From assembly GCA_945290265.1 (NCBI GenBank), contig CALYQW010000008.1, forward strand, positions 3,494-67,493: a stretch of DNA of 64,000 bases, given 5' to 3'. Within the stretch, counting starts at the first letter, position 1. Every line of letters starts with the position of its first letter. Both the position numbers and the translations under genes were made by a program. Of this stretch, positions 42,648 through 53,636 are shown piece after piece. Under the pieces are notes generated by a model. That model saw only the letters and a program-made list of their open reading frames with translations. It was not told the DNA's origin and made no database searches. Source of the stretch: an uncultured Erwinia sp. GTDB lineage: Bacteria > Pseudomonadota > Gammaproteobacteria > Enterobacterales > Enterobacteriaceae.

Positions 42648-43583
42648 ATGAAAGTTGCAGTTCTTGGTGCAGCCGGAGGAATTGGTCAGGCTTTAGCCCT
42701 GTTGTTAAAAATCCAGTTACCTGCCGGTTCCCGGCTGGCTCTTTATGATATCGCGCCGGTGACTCCAGGTGTGGCGGTTGACCTGAGTCATATTCCCACC
42801 GCAGTTGAAATTGAAGGTTTTAGTGGTGAAGATGCCACCGCCGCACTGGCCGGGGCGGACGTGGTGCTGATTTCAGCAGGAGTGGCGCGCAAGCCCGGCA
42901 TGGATCGTTCCGACCTGTTTAATGTCAACGCCGGGATTATCCGTAACCTGACGCAGCAGATTGCGGAAACCTGTCCGCAGGCCCTGATCGGCATTATTAC
43001 TAACCCGGTGAACAGTACCGTCGCGATTGCGGCTGATGTGCTGAAACAGGCCGGTTTTTATGATAAAAATCGCCTGTTTGGTATCACCACGCTCGACAGT
43101 ATCCGCGCCAGTGCCTTTGTCGCTGAGCTAAAGGGTAAACAGCCGGAGCGGGTGAAAGTGCCGGTGATTGGCGGTCATTCCGGCGTGACTATTCTGCCGC
43201 TGTTATCGCAGGTCGCGGGCGTGAAATTCAGTGAGCAGGAAGTGGCCGACCTGACCAAACGTATCCAGAACGCCGGTACGGAAGTGGTGGAAGCCAAAGC
43301 AGGCGGCGGTTCGGCAACCCTGTCGATGGGGCATGCGGCAGCACAGTTTGGTCTGTCGCTGGTGCGTGCGCTGGTGGGTGAGGAAAACGTGGTGGAATAT
43401 ACCTATGTTGAAGGTGATGGCGCGTATGCTCGTTTCTTTGCTCAGCCGGTATTACTGGGTAAACAGGGTATTGTCGAGCGTAAACCACTGGGGACGCTCA
43501 GCCCATTTGAACAACAGGCGCTGGACGCAATGCTGGAAACGCTGAAGAAGGATATTATTCAGGGCGAAGCTTTTGTGAAGTAA
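42648..43583 (+). CDS. mdh: Malate dehydrogenase
   Basis: 311 aa. Contains [41 protein letters not shown] and [15 protein letters not shown]. Confidence 0.99.
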   Translation: MKVAVLGAAGGIGQALALLLKIQLPAGSRLALYDIAPVTPGVAVDLSHIPTAVEIEGFSGEDATAALAGADVVLISAGVARKPGMDRSDLFNVNAGIIRNLTQQIAETCPQALIGIITNPVNSTVAIAADVLKQAGFYDKNRLFGITTLDSIRASAFVAELKGKQPERVKVPVIGGHSGVTILPLLSQVAGVKFSEQEVADLTKRIQNAGTEVVEAKAGGGSATLSMGHAAAQFGLSLVRALVGEENVVEYTYVEGDGAYARFFAQPVLLGKQGIVERKPLGTLSPFEQQALDAMLETLKKDIIQGEAFVK

Positions 43584-43647
43584 CCTGCGCTTTGCTCCCC
43601 GTTCAGGATACTGATTTGAGCGGGGAGGGGCGGATTTTCTAAGGATT

Positions 43648-44706
43648 TTACTGACTCTGTTTCACTTCATCGGGATATTCCTGCACGGTCACCGGCAAAG
43701 TAAGTTTCTGATTATTCCGGTTTACCGTCACGTCGATCACCGTCCCCGGACGGATTTCTGCCACCTGATCCATGGTTTCCATCGCAGAAACCGCAGGCGA
43801 ATTGTCCACCATAGTGATCACATCGTGGATTTGCAGGCCGGCCCGCTTTGCCGGGCCATCAGGATTAATCGCAGTAACCACAATTCCCTGCAGATGCTCC
43901 AGATTCTCCCCCTGGCCGGTAAAACGCGGGATCTCTTCGCCGGTGATACCGATATAACCGCGGATCACCCGGCCATCGCGGATCAGCTTATCCATAATCC
44001 GGGTGGCCAACCGGGTTGGGATGGCAAAGCCCAATCCTTCCGGCGTTTCACCATCGCTGCTTTTATCAAATGACAGGGTATTGATGCCCATCAGTTCGCC
44101 CAGCGAGTTGATCAGGGCACCGCCGGAATTACCCCGGTTAATTGAGGCATCGGTCTGTAAAAAGTCCTGGTGGCGTGAAGGGCTGAGGCCAACGCGTCCG
44201 GTGGCACCAATAATCCCCTGGGTAACGGTTTGCCCGATATTGTAAGGGTTGCCGATTGCCATCACTACATCACCGATATGCGCGGTACGTTTGGGGTTTA
44301 TCGGGATCACCGGCAGGTTTGAGGCAGTAATTTTGAGCACCGCCAGGTCGGTCAGGGCATCGGAGCCGACCAGCAGGGCTTCAAAATAGCGCCCGTCCTG
44401 CAGGCGGACAATAATCTGGTTGGCATCGTTTATTACGTGGCGATTAGTCAGAATGTAGCCGCGTGGATCCATAATCACGCCAGAGCCCAGTACCGCTGCA
44501 CCGTTGTTGGTACTGCGATTGTAAACATACACCACGGCAGGCGCTGCCCGGCGCACGCCATCGTTGTAACTTAATGGCTCCAGGTCGGCGCTGTCAGTCC
44601 GATGCGTCCACAGATCGACGCCAGGCCGCAGCCCGGGAAGAGCAACTAACAGTATACCGGCCACAAGCAGGCCGAAAATCACGGAACGCAGCAGTTTAGC
44701 AAACAT
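43648..44706 (-). CDS. degS: Regulated-intramembrane-proteolysis site-1 serine protease DegS
   Basis: From ORF 43648..44748. The conserved start MFAKLLRSVIFGLLVAG is at ATG 44706. Contains the catalytic GNSGGAL and a single PDZ domain. Confidence 0.96.
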   Translation of the reverse strand: MFAKLLRSVIFGLLVAGILLVALPGLRPGVDLWTHRTDSADLEPLSYNDGVRRAAPAVVYVYNRSTNNGAAVLGSGVIMDPRGYILTNRHVINDANQIIVRLQDGRYFEALLVGSDALTDLAVLKITASNLPVIPINPKRTAHIGDVVMAIGNPYNIGQTVTQGIIGATGRVGLSPSRHQDFLQTDASINRGNSGGALINSLGELMGINTLSFDKSSDGETPEGLGFAIPTRLATRIMDKLIRDGRVIRGYIGITGEEIPRFTGQGENLEHLQGIVVTAINPDGPAKRAGLQIHDVITMVDNSPAVSAMETMDQVAEIRPGTVIDVTVNRNNQKLTLPVTVQEYPDEVKQSQ

Positions 44707-44790
44707 GGTTTTACGCGATGGAGGAATAAACGACCGGCAGGATAACATGAGTTGTGCGGGGACAGTACCCTGTACCCGCGCTGAGCGAGT

Positions 44791-46152
44791 TTAAGGTAGC
44801 AACAAATATAGACTTTCTTTGCCGCGTATCACGTTTAATGCCAACAGTGTGGGTTTGGCATCCACCAGTTTGCGTAGCTGAGCCAGGTTTTGCACTGGCG
44901 TCCGGTTCACGGCAATAATCACATCGCCTTTAAGTAATCCGAACTGCGCCGCAGGCGTGTCCTTGTCCACATTATCGACCCGCACGCCTTTCACCCCTTC
45001 CAGGGTTGTACCGTCACTCAGGGTGGCACCCTGCAGGGCTGGTGTTAACGCTGCGCTTGTTGCCTGGCTGCTGCTGTCGAGTTTAACCTTCAGCGTCAGC
45101 GCCTTACCCTTACGCAGCAGGCCAATACTGATTTCCTGACCCGGTGGTGTTGTGCCAATTTTCGCCCGCAGTTCAGCAAAGCTGGTTATTGGCTTGCCGG
45201 CCACGCTGGTGATGATATCTCCGGCTTTAATGCCTGCCCGGGCGGCGGCAGAGTCCGGAAGGACCTCATTGACAAATGCACCGCGCTGCACGTCAGCGCC
45301 GAAAGCCTGTGCCAGATCGGCAGTCACTTCGGTTCCCTTCACGCCGAGCTGCCCGCGTTTCACCTGGCCATACTGGATCAGCTGATCGGCGAGGCTGATG
45401 GCCATATTCGACGGGATGGCAAAACCAATGCCGATATTACCGCCAGAGGCTGCCAGGATCGCGGTATTCAGCCCCACCAGCTCCCCGTTCAGGTTAACCA
45501 GTGCACCACCGGAGTTGCCCTGGTTAATGGCGGCATCGGTCTGAATAAAGTTTTCCAGCCCTTCCAGATTCATGCCACTGCGACCGAGGGCGGAGATAAT
45601 TCCCGAGGTGACGGTCTGACCGAGGCCAAAGGGATTACCGATAGCGACAGCAAAATCACCGACCTGCAGTCGATCGGAGTCGGCAATCTTTATCTGCGTC
45701 AGATTGCTGGCATCTTTTAACTGGATTAGCGCGATATCCGTTTGCTCATCGTGCCCCACTTCTTTAGCATCAAATTCGCGTCCGTCACTGAGTTGTACCC
45801 GGATGCTGTCAGCACCGCTGACCACATGATTGTTGGTCAGTACATACCCTTTGGCGGCGTTAATAATGATCCCGGACGCCAGCCCTTCAAAGAGTTGCGG
45901 GGCCGGGGTGCCCTGGCCCAAAAACGGTGCTAACTGATTGGGGACTTGCTGGACGCCAGGTTGAGCGGCGCTGGCAGAGCCTTCAACGTAAACGCTGACC
46001 ACCGCAGGCAGCACCTTTTCCAGCATCGGTGCCAGGCTGGGCAGGGGTTGCCCCTGCACCTGGGGGGGCAGTGCGGCGTAACAGGAGGAAACAGCAGCCA
46101 GACTGAGGCTGAGACTCAACGCTATGGCGTGTAACAGCCGTTTTTTGTTCAT
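44791..46152 (-). CDS. degQ: Periplasmic serine endoprotease DegQ
   Basis: 453 aa. Has a signal peptide, SLAPMLEKVLPAVVSV, the HtrA catalytic region TDAAINQGNSGGALVNL, and two PDZ domains. Confidence 0.95.
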   Translation of the reverse strand: MNKKRLLHAIALSLSLSLAAVSSCYAALPPQVQGQPLPSLAPMLEKVLPAVVSVYVEGSASAAQPGVQQVPNQLAPFLGQGTPAPQLFEGLASGIIINAAKGYVLTNNHVVSGADSIRVQLSDGREFDAKEVGHDEQTDIALIQLKDASNLTQIKIADSDRLQVGDFAVAIGNPFGLGQTVTSGIISALGRSGMNLEGLENFIQTDAAINQGNSGGALVNLNGELVGLNTAILAASGGNIGIGFAIPSNMAISLADQLIQYGQVKRGQLGVKGTEVTADLAQAFGADVQRGAFVNEVLPDSAAARAGIKAGDIITSVAGKPITSFAELRAKIGTTPPGQEISIGLLRKGKALTLKVKLDSSSQATSAALTPALQGATLSDGTTLEGVKGVRVDNVDKDTPAAQFGLLKGDVIIAVNRTPVQNLAQLRKLVDAKPTLLALNVIRGKESLYLLLP

Positions 46153-46352
46153 CGCTATAAGGTCCTCGCTACCGGATTACGATGACAGCTGCAGACAGTG
46201 GGACGCTGGTTCCCATGCCGCAACTGAATACGTTATGTTCCTGCTGTACGTTCGGGTTCTGTGTCTTGTCTGCGCCCGGAATGGCGCTAACATTCACCTT
46301 AGGCAGGCCAGGTAATCAAAACTACGACTGACAGCGATAATAAAATTGAACC

Positions 46353-46381
46353 ACAAACAGGGGCACCCACAGATACCCCTG
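46353..46381 (-). terminator. zapG terminator
   Basis: Minus strand reads CAGGGG-tatctgtgggtg-CCCCTG followed by TTTGTGGTT, directly after the zapG stop. Confidence 0.6.
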
Positions 46382-46386
46382 ACGGA

Positions 46387-46788
46387 TTATTTAGTGCGCA
46401 GATTTTCGTTGCGCAGCAGGCCGGATGCCCCTTCAGAATAATCCCGCGGCATCTGTACCGGTGCCTGATCGTTATCCGCTTCTGACTCGGTTAACTGATA
46501 AGCAAAAGGATTTTTCTCACTCGGCAGATTGGGCAGTAAATCGTTAGAGCCTTTGGCCATGTGTTGATATAGCTGACGGTAGTCATGCGCCATATTGTCC
46601 AGCAGTTCTGCGCTGCGGGCAAAATGGTTGGTCAATTCTTCACGATAATCAGCCAGCTCCGCTTTGCTTTTCTCAAGCTCATACTGAAGGCTACGCTGCT
46701 CGCGCAGCTTTCTGTTGCCAAAACGCATGACCAGTGCGCCGATAATAAGTCCGACTACCAGCCCAATTAGTGAGTACTCCCAGGTCAT
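46387..46788 (-). CDS. zapG: Z-ring-associated inner-membrane protein ZapG (YhcB)
   Basis: From ORF 46387..46836 (the track start is a TTG). ATG 46788 gives MTWEYSLIGLVVGLIIGALVMRFGNRKLR, 133 aa, matching YhcB in size and N-terminal TM. Confidence 0.92.
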   Translation of the reverse strand: MTWEYSLIGLVVGLIIGALVMRFGNRKLREQRSLQYELEKSKAELADYREELTNHFARSAELLDNMAHDYRQLYQHMAKGSNDLLPNLPSEKNPFAYQLTESEADNDQAPVQMPRDYSEGASGLLRNENLRTK

Positions 46789-46965
46789 AATAGCTCCCGT
46801 TTTGTCTTCGTTGTTCCGTAGGTTTTTTTGCTGCAATGACCGTCACTATAACCGCTAATCTTATGGAAGTGGAATCCTGCGACAGCTTCGCTTAGTGTAG
46901 AACAACTTTTTTTTAACGATCAATGACCACGCAGCGTCATCTTTTTCAGGGAATATGATTACATT

Positions 46966-48093
46966 ATGCACACGCTATCTCCTCTGGCGCGTTACCAGCA
47001 GGCGCTGGATCAGGGTGACTATCAACCCGATGCAGTTCAACGGGAAGCCGTCAGCCGTTTAGATGCTATCTGGCAGGCGCTGTCTGCCTCGCCGGCTCCG
47101 TCATCAGCCGCTGCAGGGGGGCTGTTTGGCAGGCTGGGAAAACTGCTGGGGAAAGGGCACGAGTCCCAGCCGGTGGCTCCGCGTGGACTGTATATGTGGG
47201 GGGGCGTTGGCCGGGGTAAAACCTGGTTGATGGATATGTTTTTTCAGTCTGTTCCTGGTGAGCGCAAACAACGGTTACATTTCCATCGCTTTATGCTGCG
47301 GGTGCATGAGCAGCTGACGGAGTTGCAGGGGCACAGCGATCCGCTGCAAATTGTTGCCGATCGCTTTAAGGCGCAAAGCGACCTGCTGTGTTTTGATGAG
47401 TTTTTTGTCTCCGATATCACCGATGCGATGCTGCTGGGAACGCTGATGGAAGCGCTGTTTGCCCGCGGCATGACGCTGGTGGCAACCTCCAATATTCCAC
47501 CGGATGAACTCTATCGCAATGGCCTGCAGCGCGCGCGTTTCCTGCCAGCCATTGAGATGATCAAGCAGCACTGTGAGATCATGAATGTCGATGCTGGCAT
47601 TGATTACCGCCTGCGCACCCTGACTTCGGCCCATTTGTGGATGACACCCGCAGGGGCGGAAAGCAGCGCTAAAATGGATCAGATGTTTCAGGCACTGTCT
47701 GGTCAGGCGCGGGGGGCGGGGGAGACCTTAACCATTAATCACCGCAGCCTGCCAACGCTTGGAATGGCCGATGGCGTGCTGGCAATGGACTTCCTCACCC
47801 TGTGTGGCGAAGGGCGCAGCCAGCATGATTATATTGAGCTGTCGCGCCGTTTCCACAGCGTTTTGCTGTATGATGTGCCGGTGATGATTTATAACACCGA
47901 AGACCAGGCCCGGCGCTTCCTGGCGCTGGTAGATGAGTTTTATGAACGCCACGTCAAGCTGGTGGTGGCGGCAGAAACATCACTGTATGAAATTTATCAG
48001 GGCACGCGGCTGAAGTTTGAATATCAGCGCTGTATGTCGCGCCTGCAGGAGATGCAGAGCGAGGAGTATCTGCGTCTGACACATTTGCCCTGA
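46966..48093 (+). CDS. zapE: Cell division AAA-type ATPase ZapE (YhcM)
   Basis: 375 aa. Walker A motif GGVGRGKTWLMD and Walker B motif LCFDEFFVSDI. Syntenic with zapG and rplM. Confidence 0.93.
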   Translation: MHTLSPLARYQQALDQGDYQPDAVQREAVSRLDAIWQALSASPAPSSAAAGGLFGRLGKLLGKGHESQPVAPRGLYMWGGVGRGKTWLMDMFFQSVPGERKQRLHFHRFMLRVHEQLTELQGHSDPLQIVADRFKAQSDLLCFDEFFVSDITDAMLLGTLMEALFARGMTLVATSNIPPDELYRNGLQRARFLPAIEMIKQHCEIMNVDAGIDYRLRTLTSAHLWMTPAGAESSAKMDQMFQALSGQARGAGETLTINHRSLPTLGMADGVLAMDFLTLCGEGRSQHDYIELSRRFHSVLLYDVPVMIYNTEDQARRFLALVDEFYERHVKLVVAAETSLYEIYQGTRLKFEYQRCMSRLQEMQSEEYLRLTHLP

Positions 48094-48332
48094 TAAAAAC
48101 GTGGGGCACCGGGCGATCGTTCGCAGAAAAGGTTCGATTTTTCCAACCGACTTCTCTATAATCTTGCGACCCCACGTTACAGCAAAGGTTTTTTTTCCCA
48201 AAACTCTTTGTGTTCCGGTAACTCTATCCGAAGGGGTGGGCTTACTGGTCAAGATGGTCGTGTGAGCTCCAACCGTTTATTCAAGCGTTTGGGATTTCAC
48301 CAACGTGTAACTTAATTTGGGTAAGCTTTTAG

Positions 48333-49169
<837 letters not shown>

Positions 49170-49195
49170 TTTTCGCATTACTGCGTTTATTATCG

Positions 49196-49229
49196 AAAAA
49201 CCCGGTGCTCTGCACCGGGTTTTTTATTT
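49196..49229 (+). terminator. rplM-rpsI operon terminator
   Basis: AAAAACCCGGTGC-tct-GCACCGGGTTTTTTATTT, 27 nt after the rpsI stop. Confidence 0.85.
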
Positions 49230-49416
49230 CCAGCGGCAAAAAGCCGCATCAGAATGGTGGAAGTTTGCCATTTTGCCCGCAAATCTGTATTCCACCCCCA
49301 CAAGCTGGCTAAAATCTGGTAAACTCACAGCAAATTTGTGCCCATCGGCCGGGCAATAGTGAGTCGCCGTCCGGATGGCTCTTCGCAGTAATTATTGGAT
49401 AAACGTGGAGGTTTAC

Positions 49417-50058
49417 ATGGCTGTCGCTGCCAACAAACGTTCGGTCATGACGCTGTTTTCTGGTTCGACTGACATTTTTAGCCATCAGGTGCGTATTGTA
49501 CTGGCTGAGAAAGGCGTTAGCGTCGAGATTGAGCAAGTTGAGCCGGATAACCTGCCTCAGGATCTGATCGATCTTAACCCTTATGGTAGTGTGCCAACGC
49601 TGGTTGACCGTGAGCTGACGTTATATGAATCCCGTATCATCATGGAATATCTCGATGAACGTTTCCCTCATCCGCCGCTGATGCCGGTCTATCCGGTGGC
49701 ACGTGGTGAGAGCCGTCTGATGATGCATCGGGTTGAGCAGGACTGGTACAGTCTGATGCGTAAAATTGAGAATGGCACCCCGGCTGAAGCCGAGGCCGCG
49801 CGTAAGCAACTGCGTGAAGAGCTGCTGGCGATTGCGCCGCTGTTTTCCCGCACTCCGTTCTTTATGAGTGAAGAGTTCAGCCTGGTTGACTGCTATCTGG
49901 CTCCGCTGCTGTGGCGTCTGCCGCAGATGGGTATTGAGTTGACCGGTGCCGGTGCCAAAGAGCTGAAAGGCTATATGACGCGCGTCTTCGAGCGTGATTC
50001 CTTCCTGGCGTCTCTGACCGAGGCAGAACGCGAAATGCGTCTGCATACCCGGGGCTGA
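49417..50058 (+). CDS. sspA: Stringent starvation protein A
   Basis: From ORF 49375..50058. The conserved start MAVAANKRSVMTLFSG is at ATG 49417 (213 aa). GST-like fold text is present throughout. Confidence 0.98.
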   Translation: MAVAANKRSVMTLFSGSTDIFSHQVRIVLAEKGVSVEIEQVEPDNLPQDLIDLNPYGSVPTLVDRELTLYESRIIMEYLDERFPHPPLMPVYPVARGESRLMMHRVEQDWYSLMRKIENGTPAEAEAARKQLREELLAIAPLFSRTPFFMSEEFSLVDCYLAPLLWRLPQMGIELTGAGAKELKGYMTRVFERDSFLASLTEAEREMRLHTRG

Positions 50059-50062
50059 CAGT

Positions 50063-50560
50063 ATGGATGATTTGACACAGCTTACCGCTCGTCGTCCTCA
50101 TCTGCTGCGCGCCTTTTATGCCTGGTTGCTGGAAAACGATCTGACGCCGCATCTGGTGGTGGATATTAACCTGCCGGGCGTGATGGTGCCGCTGGAATAT
50201 GCCCGCGACGGTCAGATCGTGCTAAATATCGCCCCGCGCGCGGTAGGGAATCTGGATCTGGCGAACGACGAAGTGCGCTTCAATGCGCGCTTTGGTGGAG
50301 TACCGCGTCAGGTCAGTGTACCGATGGCTGCGGTGATGGCGATTTATGCCCGTGAAAACGGTGCCGGAACAATGTTTGAGCCGGAACCGGCTTATGAGGG
50401 AGCAGAGTCAGCGCAGGCTGAAGCGGATGATGAGACCCCTGAAATAAAGATGTCGGTGATTGATGGCGATCGTCCAGACAGTGACCAGCAGGGTGACGAT
50501 AATCCGGATAACGATCCGCCACCACGCAGTGGTCGTCCGGCGCTGCGGGTAGTGAAGTAA
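50063..50560 (+). CDS. sspB: ClpXP adaptor SspB
   Basis: 165 aa. Contains RRPHLLRAFYAWLLENDLTPHLVVD, an acidic linker, and the C-terminal ClpX-binding motif RPALRVVK. Confidence 0.97.
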   Translation: MDDLTQLTARRPHLLRAFYAWLLENDLTPHLVVDINLPGVMVPLEYARDGQIVLNIAPRAVGNLDLANDEVRFNARFGGVPRQVSVPMAAVMAIYARENGAGTMFEPEPAYEGAESAQAEADDETPEIKMSVIDGDRPDSDQQGDDNPDNDPPPRSGRPALRVVK

Positions 50561-50590
50561 CGCTGTCGCGGTTGTAGCGCATCTGCTGAT

Positions 50591-50621
50591 AAAGCCTGTA
50601 TCGTTGATGCAGGCTTTTTTG
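50591..50621 (+). terminator. sspAB terminator
   Basis: AGCCTG (50593..50598) pairs with CAGGCT (50610..50615) and is followed by TTTTTT. Confidence 0.7.
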
Positions 50622-51223
50622 TTGGTTAGACTGGCTGGGGTTATTGTTTTAAGGGCCAGGGATAAAGATCAGGTCAAAGTCAGAAGATGAAGGTCCTTAA
50701 CAGATTAAGATTTTGTGGCGGTTGTCAGCATTCTCAAGGGTTATGTACAGCGGGCGTATTAACATTTTTTTAGCTGTATGGATATGTTTGAAATAAGTCC
50801 ATGAGGATATATTTTCTCAGCGTGACATTGAATTCCGGGATTGTTTGCCAGAAATAATTTAAAACCAAACACTCTCTGAAAGATCAACTCACAGAGAGTG
50901 CTTTAATAATGTGGAACCCTGGTGTTAGCAGAAAATACGTTCTAAAAACTGCATTCTTGATTAGTAAATCTTGTTTTACCCTCTTAACTTAATACTTTAG
51001 TGTTGATAAAGTCAACATAAAAGGAGTCAAAATGTTGTCTGTAATGTATTCTTAATAGTGAGTGGTTAACTAAGTTAATGATTATTAAGCATTTAATGTG
51101 GTACTGCTGGCGTCTGAAAATGCTCTGAATTTTGTCCTCGGGGAAATTTTAGCGGGGAACTTATTGAAATAATTCAAATTTATTTATAGCATTTATGTAG
51201 GATAGCGGACAGGAATATCGGCA

Positions 51224-51835
51224 ATGAAAGTTTCGGGACTGCAAAGAAAAGAGAATATTATCAATAATATAGAGTATATTATACGCAGTCGGGGCGAAAG
51301 CAAAGTTTCCTTTGCAAGTCGTACAGGCGTAACCCGTGCCTCTTTATATAAGATATTAGATGGAAAGGTGAACAATGTTCATCGTTCAACCATAACCCGT
51401 ATTGCCGATTTTTTCGGAGTCTCCTGTGAAATCATTGAAAACTACGATTTAGAACATTTTGAGCTGGTCGAAAATACGCTTTCCCCAGATGGCAACAAAA
51501 ATCCCGCCGCTGTACCGGTTATTCCACAGTCTGAATTTATGTCCAGCTTTGAAAGCCGGATCGGTAATCTGGTTACGCAGTATCCTGTGACCTGGTATTT
51601 CGGCGATGTTTCCAATATGGTCGCCCTGTCAGTGGAAGATAAAATAGGGAAGATATTCCTCGCCGGAGATACATTAATTATTAAAAGAAAGGCTCGGCCT
51701 GTAAATAAACAGCTGGCATTATATTTTTCTGCTAAAAAAGGGTTCTTTATCAGAGAAGGTAGTGAAAGCATTATTTCTTATCCCGAAGAGGGTGAGTCTA
51801 TGTTGGGTACCGTGGTGGAAGAAAGGATCCAGTAA
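51224..51835 (+). CDS. XRE-family HTH regulator with a CI/LexA-like (S24-like) C-terminal domain that appears to lack the Ser-Lys dyad
   Basis: 203 aa. N-terminal HTH: SFASRTGVTRASLYKILDGKVNNVHRSTITRIADFFGVS. Linker AAVPVIPQSEF resembles the VP.hG..aG entry into S24 domains. The segment ALSVEDKIGKIFLAGDTLIIKR aligns by eye to LexA RVSGMSMKDIGIMDGDLLAV, with the catalytic Ser position not conserved. Confidence 0.6.
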   Translation: MKVSGLQRKENIINNIEYIIRSRGESKVSFASRTGVTRASLYKILDGKVNNVHRSTITRIADFFGVSCEIIENYDLEHFELVENTLSPDGNKNPAAVPVIPQSEFMSSFESRIGNLVTQYPVTWYFGDVSNMVALSVEDKIGKIFLAGDTLIIKRKARPVNKQLALYFSAKKGFFIREGSESIISYPEEGESMLGTVVEERIQ

Positions 51836-51870
51836 AAATAGCGGATAATTAACATTGAGGGTGGGTGGGG

Positions 51871-52758
51871 ATGGAAAATAACAAAAAGTATAAGCTGTTG
51901 GGGTTTAATCGCTCGAAAGTGATTACAGCCAATATTATGGTGCTGGCTACCGGTAAACATCTCAATATTGGCTTACAGGAGCTGGAAAGTAGCGAAATAG
52001 CAGATGATCTAAACCGTAATGAGTTAAAAGCGCTCTATCGTCGATTTTATGGCGATAAAAATACGGTGACATCGTATGAACTTGGTGACAGGAATGAGCG
52101 TTCCTGGTATGCTTACTTGATCATCAGTGTTGCACTGGCGGTTATTTATATACTCAGTACGGTCAGCGGCGTGAAGCCCATTCATATACCGATAATCAAT
52201 TTTGTAGTACCCCCGGCCATCTTATTTTATCCACTTTCTTTTATTTTTGTGGATATTATTAATGAGTTTTACGGACTGCGTATGGCGCGCAGAACCATCT
52301 TTATTTCATTTGTCTCCAATACCCTTTTCGTCACCGGGTTATGGCTCACCAGCCTGCTTCCCGGCCTCGCCGAGTGGGAGTTGAATGCCCCCTATAGCGA
52401 GTTTGTCCATAGCATTATCGCGGTACTCTTCGCCTCTTCAGCTGCCTGGCTGATATCAGAGAATATTAATGCTGTAATACTCTGTAAAATAAGGGAGTTA
52501 ACCAACTCCAGATATCTTTTTATCCGCGTAATCACCAGTAATGTGATCGCATCCGCCATTGACAGCGTGATATTTTGTACGCTGGCGTTTTACAATATCC
52601 TGAGCGCTGATACGATTAAAACCATGATTATTTCCCAGTTCATTATTAAGTTAGGCTATGCACTAATCGGTGTCGGGCCAATTTATGGGGTCAGGGCGTT
52701 ATTCAGGAAATATATTAATAATCAGCCCACTTTGCATGAAAACAAGGAACCGGTATGA
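51871..52758 (+). CDS. VUT-family (YhhQ/DUF165-like) queuosine-precursor transporter with an ~85-aa N-terminal extension
   Basis: From ORF 51865..52758 (the track start is a GTG; ATG at 51871). The TM core shows the family pattern [29 protein letters not shown] (compare YhhQ FPFIFLATDLTVRIFGAPLARRIIFAV). Residues 1-85 are hydrophilic and have no counterpart in E. coli YhhQ. Confidence 0.65.
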   Translation: MENNKKYKLLGFNRSKVITANIMVLATGKHLNIGLQELESSEIADDLNRNELKALYRRFYGDKNTVTSYELGDRNERSWYAYLIISVALAVIYILSTVSGVKPIHIPIINFVVPPAILFYPLSFIFVDIINEFYGLRMARRTIFISFVSNTLFVTGLWLTSLLPGLAEWELNAPYSEFVHSIIAVLFASSAAWLISENINAVILCKIRELTNSRYLFIRVITSNVIASAIDSVIFCTLAFYNILSADTIKTMIISQFIIKLGYALIGVGPIYGVRALFRKYINNQPTLHENKEPV

Positions 52759-53582
52759 AAACTGAAGAAATTACTTTGCTGGGTAAAAGCACTGGCTACA
52801 TTCAGCAATATGCACCGGAATTGCTGGAGTCTCTTCCCCGTTCACGCGGCAGAGATGAAATTAATCTGAAATCAGATAATCTGCCATTCAGCGGATTTGA
52901 TTTATGGACCGGATTTGAACTTTCCTGGCTGAACGATAAAGGTAAGCCGGTAGTGGCGATCGCGGAATTTTTTATCGCGGCAGACAGCCAGAGCCTGATT
53001 GAGTCCAAGTCATTTAAACTCTATCTGAACAGCTTTAATCAGACAAAATTTGCTTCATCGGATGTGGTTGCCGCTACGCTGGAGAAAGATTTGTCTCGGG
53101 CCGCTGGGGGCAAAGTGCAGGTGAAGGTTTATCCCGATCTCACGCACTATCCTGCAGTGATTGCCTCGCTGCCGGGTGAATGTATTGACCAGCTGGATAT
53201 TGAGATCGCTGATTACGATTTTAACCCGGATTATCTGCAACAGGCGGTTTCAGATGAAATGGTAGCGGAAACGCTCAGTTCCAACCTGTTGAAATCTAAC
53301 TGTCTGGTGACCAATCAACCCGACTGGGGCACGGTGATCATTAAATATGAAGGCAGAAAAATAAACCCTGAGCATCTGCTGCGCTACCTGATTTCATTCA
53401 GAACCCATAATGAGTTCCATGAACAGTGCGTGGAGCGGATTTTCAATGATATCAGCCACTACTGTAAACCGGAGAAATTAACCGTGTTTGCCCGCTATAC
53501 CCGTCGCGGGGGGCTGGATATTAATCCGTTCAGAAGTAACTTTGAGCAGACGCTGCCAGCAGCGCGCCTGGTGCGGCAATAG
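52755..53582 (+). CDS. queF: NADPH-dependent 7-cyano-7-deazaguanine (preQ0) reductase, bimodular type
   Basis: 275 aa. Contains the QueF motif [17 protein letters not shown], the catalytic-Cys context [15 protein letters not shown], and [16 protein letters not shown]...[16 protein letters not shown]. Ends LVRQ like E. coli QueF. The ATG overlaps the transporter stop (ATGA). Confidence 0.93.
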   Translation: MKTEEITLLGKSTGYIQQYAPELLESLPRSRGRDEINLKSDNLPFSGFDLWTGFELSWLNDKGKPVVAIAEFFIAADSQSLIESKSFKLYLNSFNQTKFASSDVVAATLEKDLSRAAGGKVQVKVYPDLTHYPAVIASLPGECIDQLDIEIADYDFNPDYLQQAVSDEMVAETLSSNLLKSNCLVTNQPDWGTVIIKYEGRKINPEHLLRYLISFRTHNEFHEQCVERIFNDISHYCKPEKLTVFARYTRRGGLDINPFRSNFEQTLPAARLVRQ

Positions 53583-53636
53583 GGTTATTGCCTCTGACAG
53601 GGTGGCGGCCACCAGAATTGGCCGCCTGCTAAGAAC

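Noticed and set aside
51836-51870. Possible preQ1 riboswitch ahead of the YhhQ-like transporter or QueF.
   Set aside because: The spacer is only about 35 nt. Neither it nor the first ~250 nt of the ORF shows the short P1 hairpin followed by the conserved A-rich tail (..CCC..UAAAAAACUA..) that I associate with preQ1-I. An Rfam scan is needed for certainty.
50637-53590. 9-bp direct repeat GGGTTATTG at both edges of the QueF islet, as possible att or target-site duplication.
   Set aside because: It is too short to distinguish from chance, and no mobility gene is present. It is mentioned only as a pointer.
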